Source of the DNA: Octopus bimaculoides
Lineage: Eukaryota
Reading direction: 5' to 3'
Assembly: GCF_001194135.2 (NCBI RefSeq)
Contig: NC_068989.1
Span: 16,932,282 to 16,996,281, forward strand
Length of the DNA: 64,000 bases
Shown here: piece after piece, positions 50,301 to 64,000 of the stretch
Layout of the letters: each line of letters starts with the position of its first letter
How positions within the stretch are numbered: position 1 is the first letter of the stretch
Translations under genes and position numbers: made by a program
Notes under the pieces: generated by a model
What the model saw: the letters and a program-made list of their open reading frames with translations, nothing else
Told to the model about the DNA's origin: nothing
Database searches by the model: none

Positions 50301-53300
50301 GGAACAAATACCACAAGGTATCTTTTTTCTGACACTCTAACGATTCTATCAGCTTGCCAAGCTAAATATCTCTAAATATATTATCTCTTCTCTAGGCACA
50401 AGGCCTTGAAAATTTTTTGGGGAAGGGGGCTAGTTGATTACATCAACCCCAGTGCGTAACTGGTTCTTATTTCATCGACCTCGAAAGGATGAAAGGCAAA
50501 GTCGACCTCAGCAGAATTTGAACTTAGAATGTGGCAGCAGATGAAATACTGGTAAGCATTTTGCACAGTGCTCTATTGACTCTTCCAGCTCGCTGCCTTA
50601 AATATCTCTAAATATAACGACAGATATTTTTGTATAGTAGTGGCTAAATAGAGTCAAATGTTTGATATTTGATGACTAGAAATACCAATTAATTGATCAG
50701 AAGAAGAGGGTGTTGTGTTATTCATTTATATATCAAACAATATTGACAGAAATTAAATTTGTCATATCTATTTCAAATACTTGATGCCAGCCTTTTGAGT
50801 AGAGAGGGTGATCTTGGAGGTCTTGTATCACAGATTAACTCTCAATTAAGCAGAGTTACGTGCAGTGATGTTCCAAACATAGCCATCCAATATTATTTTC
50901 AGACAACATATTTAGTATTACATTATCCAATGTGTACTTCTTTTTTTGAGATAATTTGTGGTTTGAGGGAAATATGGCTGCTGTTTCTAGTATGTTGAGT
51001 GATCACATAGAAGCTCCCTTGTTAGTCCATAATGCTCTTGTATATTGTTATATCTAGACGTTTGGGGTGCTGAATGAGCTAAGTTGCATTGGAGAGCTTG
51101 CTAGTGTGTTGGTGTTGTACAAGCTTTGTACTAGTGGTGTAGGAAGCGTGTGAATTGTTGGTGTAGTGGTTTTATGTATTGGTTATGTAGTGATTGTGTG
51201 ACTGTGTATCAGTGTTATATTAGTCTTATAGATTATCCTATTTGTGTCTAGATGCCTCTGGAGTGTTATAGTGGCAATATGGATTGATATTGCTGCAGTA
51301 GTGTTCTTGTATAGTGTCAGTGTGTCTGGGTGTTTGAATGGGTAGGTTGGGTTGTAGTGCATGGATATGTGCTTTGGTGATGTAGCAGTGTTAGGTGCTG
51401 GTGTTGTAGTAGTGTTTTGGTGTGGTGCTTATGTTGTAGTAATGTGGTGGTGTGTTGTTGGTACAGTAGTAGTGTTTCAGTGGAATTTGTCTTGTTGCTG
51501 TAGTAGAGTTCTTGCATGTTGTTGATGTGTTTATATGCCTTACCAGCACCAAACTGAAGAATACCTATGACTATCTACTCCTTTTCCTGTGTGCAAAAAA
51601 TCCAGGACTATCCAACGTGTTCACTTTTTTTAAGATGATAGGGTGTGATATGAGAGAGATCTAGTTGCCATTTCTAGCATGTTGAGCTATCATTGTGTGT
51701 TGTACATGTGTCTAGCTTTGACTGGGGTTGTTTCTAGTGTCTGTGTATTGGTATTTTAGTAGAGCTCTGATGTTTTATTGATTTACTTAGATGTGTATGC
51801 GGTATTACAGAGACTGCTTGTAGTGTTGTAACAAATAGAACTTATATAAGTTTGATATAGATAACAACAAACTTACCAAACAACAATCTTGATACGGTGA
51901 GATTTTGGCTGGAGAAATGAAATAGCAATGTAGTTAACTAAACTGTTAATTATTACATGATGTATAGTTAGAAATGACTGCTTTTTAATTGACAACACAC
52001 TAATTGACAGAAGTGATATTTAACTTAAATACTCATATGTTTATAAAGAAAATGCAGATAAAGCATGGAAATAGTTCTGTAGCTGGAGGATTAGGTGAAA
52101 GTATTTAGCACATGGACACAGTAAAGATGATGATAGGAAATCTAGGCACATCAGAGCGTCAGGTGGGTTATGCTAGTTCAGGGAAGCAGAAGAAAGCATC
52201 CTGGTAGTTGCTATGGATAGTGATGCACCACAACCATATGTGTATGACATGGTGATCTCTTATCAAGATAAACAGTGCATGACCTTGCAGGTAGGGCCCA
52301 GTTAAAATTTTCTTCAGGTTGACAAGCCCATCCTGCTCAAATGGTCCCTGAATAAGGGTTGTTTAAGCATGTTGAACAAGACACCCATGTTTCCAGAGGT
52401 GAATTATTCAAACCCTAAAGAATTGCTCTCAACACATGGTTATGATGCTACCTCACTACTTCTGCTCATAATCAGAGATGCACTTATCATCACCCACCAA
52501 GAGATGCTCAAATAGTGAAGGTCAAGCAACAGAAAAGCAAATCTGTGGTATTGAGGAGAATATTTGCTGTAGCCCATCTTTTACACCAAGACAAAACAAT
52601 GTACATGATAACACTGCCAATCAGTTAAGATCAGGAGCCATGAGAACCAATAATAATAATGGTTTCTGTTTTAGGCATCAGACCAGCAATTTTGAGGGTG
52701 GTGGTAGTGGCAAGTTAGTAAATACCATAAATTCCAGTAATTGACTTGCAATTTATTTTAATAGCCTCTGAAAGGATGGGGCAGGTGGACAATAGTCGAT
52801 TATATCGACCCTTGTGTTCAACTGGTACTTATTTTTTACACACCGAAAGGATGAAAGGCAAAGTCGACTTCGGCGGAATTTAAACTCAGAACATTGAGAT
52901 GGTCACAAACCTCCCGTCGCGACACTGATTCTGCAGAACAGGGTTGAGTGTGAAAACCAACTTTAAAGTGTAAATATAGATGTTTTTGAATACACACTCA
53001 TACATACATACGTACAAATACACACATACATACAAATAAACACATACATACAAATACCTGTCACTCTCTTCCAAATACGATCGACAGTCAAACATTTATT
53101 CCCTACAAACTGAATTTTTGGAATATCTTTCTTAAAACGCATTTACTTACTACCATATGTATAGAGAGACACAATACACATTAATAGACACATACATACA
53201 AATACCTGTCACTTTTTTATTTAGTGTGTGTGTGTGTGTGTGTTGCCCATCTTAATATATAATGCTGAATTTGTGTATCTGTGTGAAGCCTTTTTAGAAG

Positions 53301-54555
53301 TTTATAGAAATCAACATTTTCCACTTTTTCATAAAATTTTTTTACATCAATGCAATTTTCTCGATGTGAACTTTCCAGTGCAGTAATAAGATTTTTAAAA
53401 TTCCGTTTACTTTGTGTGATTTAAGGGAGATTTGGCTGTTGTTTCTAGCAACTTTTATATTTCTTCCCTTCTACCTGTACCGCGCTCAACATATAATATA
53501 GAGGGTAACAGTAAAAGATGGAGGGAGAGAGAGAGAGAGAAAGTGATATATACAAAGTCATAGATTAACTTGCTTTAAGACTATTCTTTCCTTCTACCTT
53601 TTCACTCTTACTTCATTCTTCTTCTCTCCCATTTAATAGCTTTCTTCCATCCCTCTACCTCTCTCTCTATATATGTGTATGTATATATATATATGTATAT
53701 ATTATATATATATGTGTGTGTGTGTTCGTGATATTATTTCAGAGCAAGTTGTTTTACATCTATTACACTATTTTTCTTTTGTTTCTTGGCTCCGGTGAGG
53801 CGTCTGAAACATTCATGATGTGAATGTTCCAAATCCTCTCCGCACCCACCCCCGTCCGCAAGCGCGCTTTTTGTTTTTTTCATATTCGTTCACAGCAAGT
53901 TGCTTTATACCTATTACATTAATTATTTTTTGTTTTTGAGCTCGGGTCAAACACTATAGTTTAGAGGCCATGGACTGACGATGTGAATGTTCCGAGTCCT
54001 CTCCCCACCCCGCCTTTCACGAGCGCGCATTAAAAAAATTTTTAATATTCGTTCAGAGCAAGTTGTTTTACATCTATTACACTATTTTTCTTTTGTTTCT
54101 CGTCTCCGGTGAGGCGTCTCGGAACATTCACGATGTGAATGTTCCGAGTCCTCTCCCCACCCCCACCCCCGTCCGCGAGCGCGCATTTTTTTCTTTATAT
54201 TCGTTCCCAGCAAGTTGTTTTACACTAATTTTTTTTTTCATTTTTGAGCTCGGGTCAAACGCTTTAGTTTTGACCAAAAAGTATCCATGAGGCAACAAAG
54301 TCGGTTAGGGATATACACCTGTAGTTATGCCAGTCGATGCCATCAATCCTAATGTTTGACAATCAAAATCCTAAAGGAGGAAGGGGAAAGATGATGTTGG
54401 CGGCGTTTGATCGTCGAACGATGAGCTCTACCAATACTGTCAATCCACTATTGTGCTTTAAGAAGAAAATAAAGTATATTCAACAGACTTACCACAGAAC
54501 TACTGTCCGATGAACAGGTCATTCTTTCCGATCTTGAAGTAATTAATTTAGACAT
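37305..54555 (-). CDS. CFAP119: CFAP119/CCDC189-like paralog C, complete, 9 exons, 309 aa: 54555-54493, 51908-51877, 49665-49600, 47765-47596, 46392-46322, 44890-44774, 43195-43138, 40797-40684, 37543-37305
   Basis: GT-AG introns. Core exon sizes (32, 66, 170, 71, 117, 58 nt) are identical to copy B and the total is 930 nt in frame. Includes ESPFGNLDETFTHFKDLLLHHSVS-RPPYSTELFSISEVRKISYHVINTYFRHFKLYKYAFTPQ-VQLDLALNYIG. Exon 1 (MSKLITSRSERMTCSSDSSSV|gtaagt) is the least certain. Confidence 0.9.
39544..39621. repeat. Hairpin mini-element (30-bp arms, 18-nt loop) embedded in (TA)n
   Basis: taagggcataactatacaagaatgcctcac pairs with gtgagacattcttgtatagttatgccctta. Confidence 0.85.
42029..42421 (-). 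mobile_element. Solo LTR related to 34415-34788
   Basis: On the minus strand it starts TGTAGTAACG. TSD TATG on both sides, AATAAA, and the same 3' hairpin block as the 34.4-kb element. Confidence 0.7.
43870..44270 (+). mobile_element. mariner 3' remnant
   Basis: LPYLPDLAPVDFQLFLKMKRQLKG...CIAAQGDYF, followed by the right TIR gtctgggaactttttaatactacc. Confidence 0.75.
45884..46140 (+). mobile_element. Internally deleted mariner (257 bp) with both TIRs and TA TSD
   Basis: TA|ttgggtcatcccataaat ... atttatgggatgacccaa|TA, with internal PHSPYSPDIAPSDYHL...LPDRWKSIVE. Confidence 0.88.
53250..54265 (+). mobile_element. Helitron-like non-autonomous element with an internally duplicated 3' module
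   Basis: a|TCttaatatataa start. A repeated module of about 300 bp ends in GC-rich hairpin-like sequence plus cgggtcaaac(a/g)ct..agt at about 53950 and about 54265. Confidence 0.4.
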
Positions 54556-54956
54556 TGGAATGGTGGTGGTAGTAGCAGAAGAGTATAGTGTAGTGTTGAT
54601 TTCGTAATAGTGGTATTTGTGGTTGTAGTGGCAGTATGGTTGTAGTGGTTGTAACGGTGCTGTGACTGTTAGTTGTTGGGGCGATAGAGGTGGGATTGTA
54701 ACATAGACACGGCAGTGGCAATGTAATTATAATGATGGGGTTTTGACAGTGATAGTTGTGGTGGTGTCGTGACAATGGTGATAAAGTGATAGTAGTTACA
54801 GAGGTAGTGGTGATGTGGTGCAAGTGGTATTGCAGGTGTATAGTGCAGTGATAGAGTGAAAAAAAAGCAACGGTAGCTAGTTGTAGAGTAGTTGCAATTG
54901 TAAATAAAAATATTTTATGATCAATTATTTGAAATCTGAAAAATACGGGACGCTTC

Positions 54957-54971
54957 GTTGTCAATAGCAAC
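54957..54971. promoter_or_regulatory. RFX X-box in the shared promoter between divergent copies C and D
   Basis: GTTGTCAATAGCAAC is a near-palindrome fitting the X-box consensus of ciliary genes. It lies 78 nt upstream of the D ATG and about 400 nt upstream of the C ATG. Confidence 0.7.
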
Positions 54972-55048
54972 AAGTGTAGGGGAGACAACTTTGACATCGA
55001 CTGAAAAAAACCGTTACAGTTAACTATTGAATAAGAAGGAAGCTAGTT

Positions 55049-63711
<8,663 letters not shown>

Positions 63712-63968
63712 GTAAGTTAAATACTCAAAAATTGAGATATAGAGTGATTTCTATCAGTTTATATCATATTGATTCTGTTGTTGTGAATGATAATGATGAT
63801 GATGATGATCATCTTCTTCTTCTTCCATATTACAACTACATAATAATGATGGGTACGTGGCCCCAAAGGTGCCCTCACCATTGCTCATTAATGAATCTTG
63901 AGTACTTCAGGAAGGCTAATACCATAATTAATTTATTTTCCAGAAAGTCATGCCAGACACTATTTACA

Positions 63969-64000
<32 letters not shown>

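Noticed and set aside
53151-53156. Alternative first exon (ATG GTA|gtaagt) for copy C
   Set aside because: Only two codons. The 54555-54493 exon is phase-compatible and sits next to the X-box promoter. It is not excluded as a minor isoform.
53438-53452. X-box-like GTTGTTTCTAGCAAC
   Set aside because: It is part of a phrase repeated in interspersed elements (33225, 50975, 51660), so it is probably repeat-derived.
54548-54997. 149-aa His/Thr-rich ORF between C and D
   Set aside because: It is a translation of a low-complexity GT-rich tract across the promoter, with no homology signal.

Overview
AT-rich, repeat-dense animal genomic DNA from a gapped scaffold (10 N-runs). The SINE and microsatellite repertoire looks like an octopus (cephalopod) genome; this is an inference. 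Manual exon reconstruction, which the ORF track mostly misses, shows a cluster of four paralogous CFAP119/CCDC189-like flagellar genes arranged A(+) B(-) C(-) D(+). B (277 aa) and C (309 aa) are complete 9-exon ORFs. C and D are head-to-head around one RFX X-box. Intron 3 of copy B carries an endogenous parvovirus/densovirus-like element: an NS1 with HUH, YxxK and SF3 Walker A/B motifs, preceded by a probable capsid remnant and a solo-LTR-like element. Intron 4 of B carries a Penelope-like remnant with two tandem minimal hammerhead-ribozyme motifs. The rest is SINEs, Tc1/mariner and LINE fragments, solo LTRs, foldback hairpins and microsatellites.
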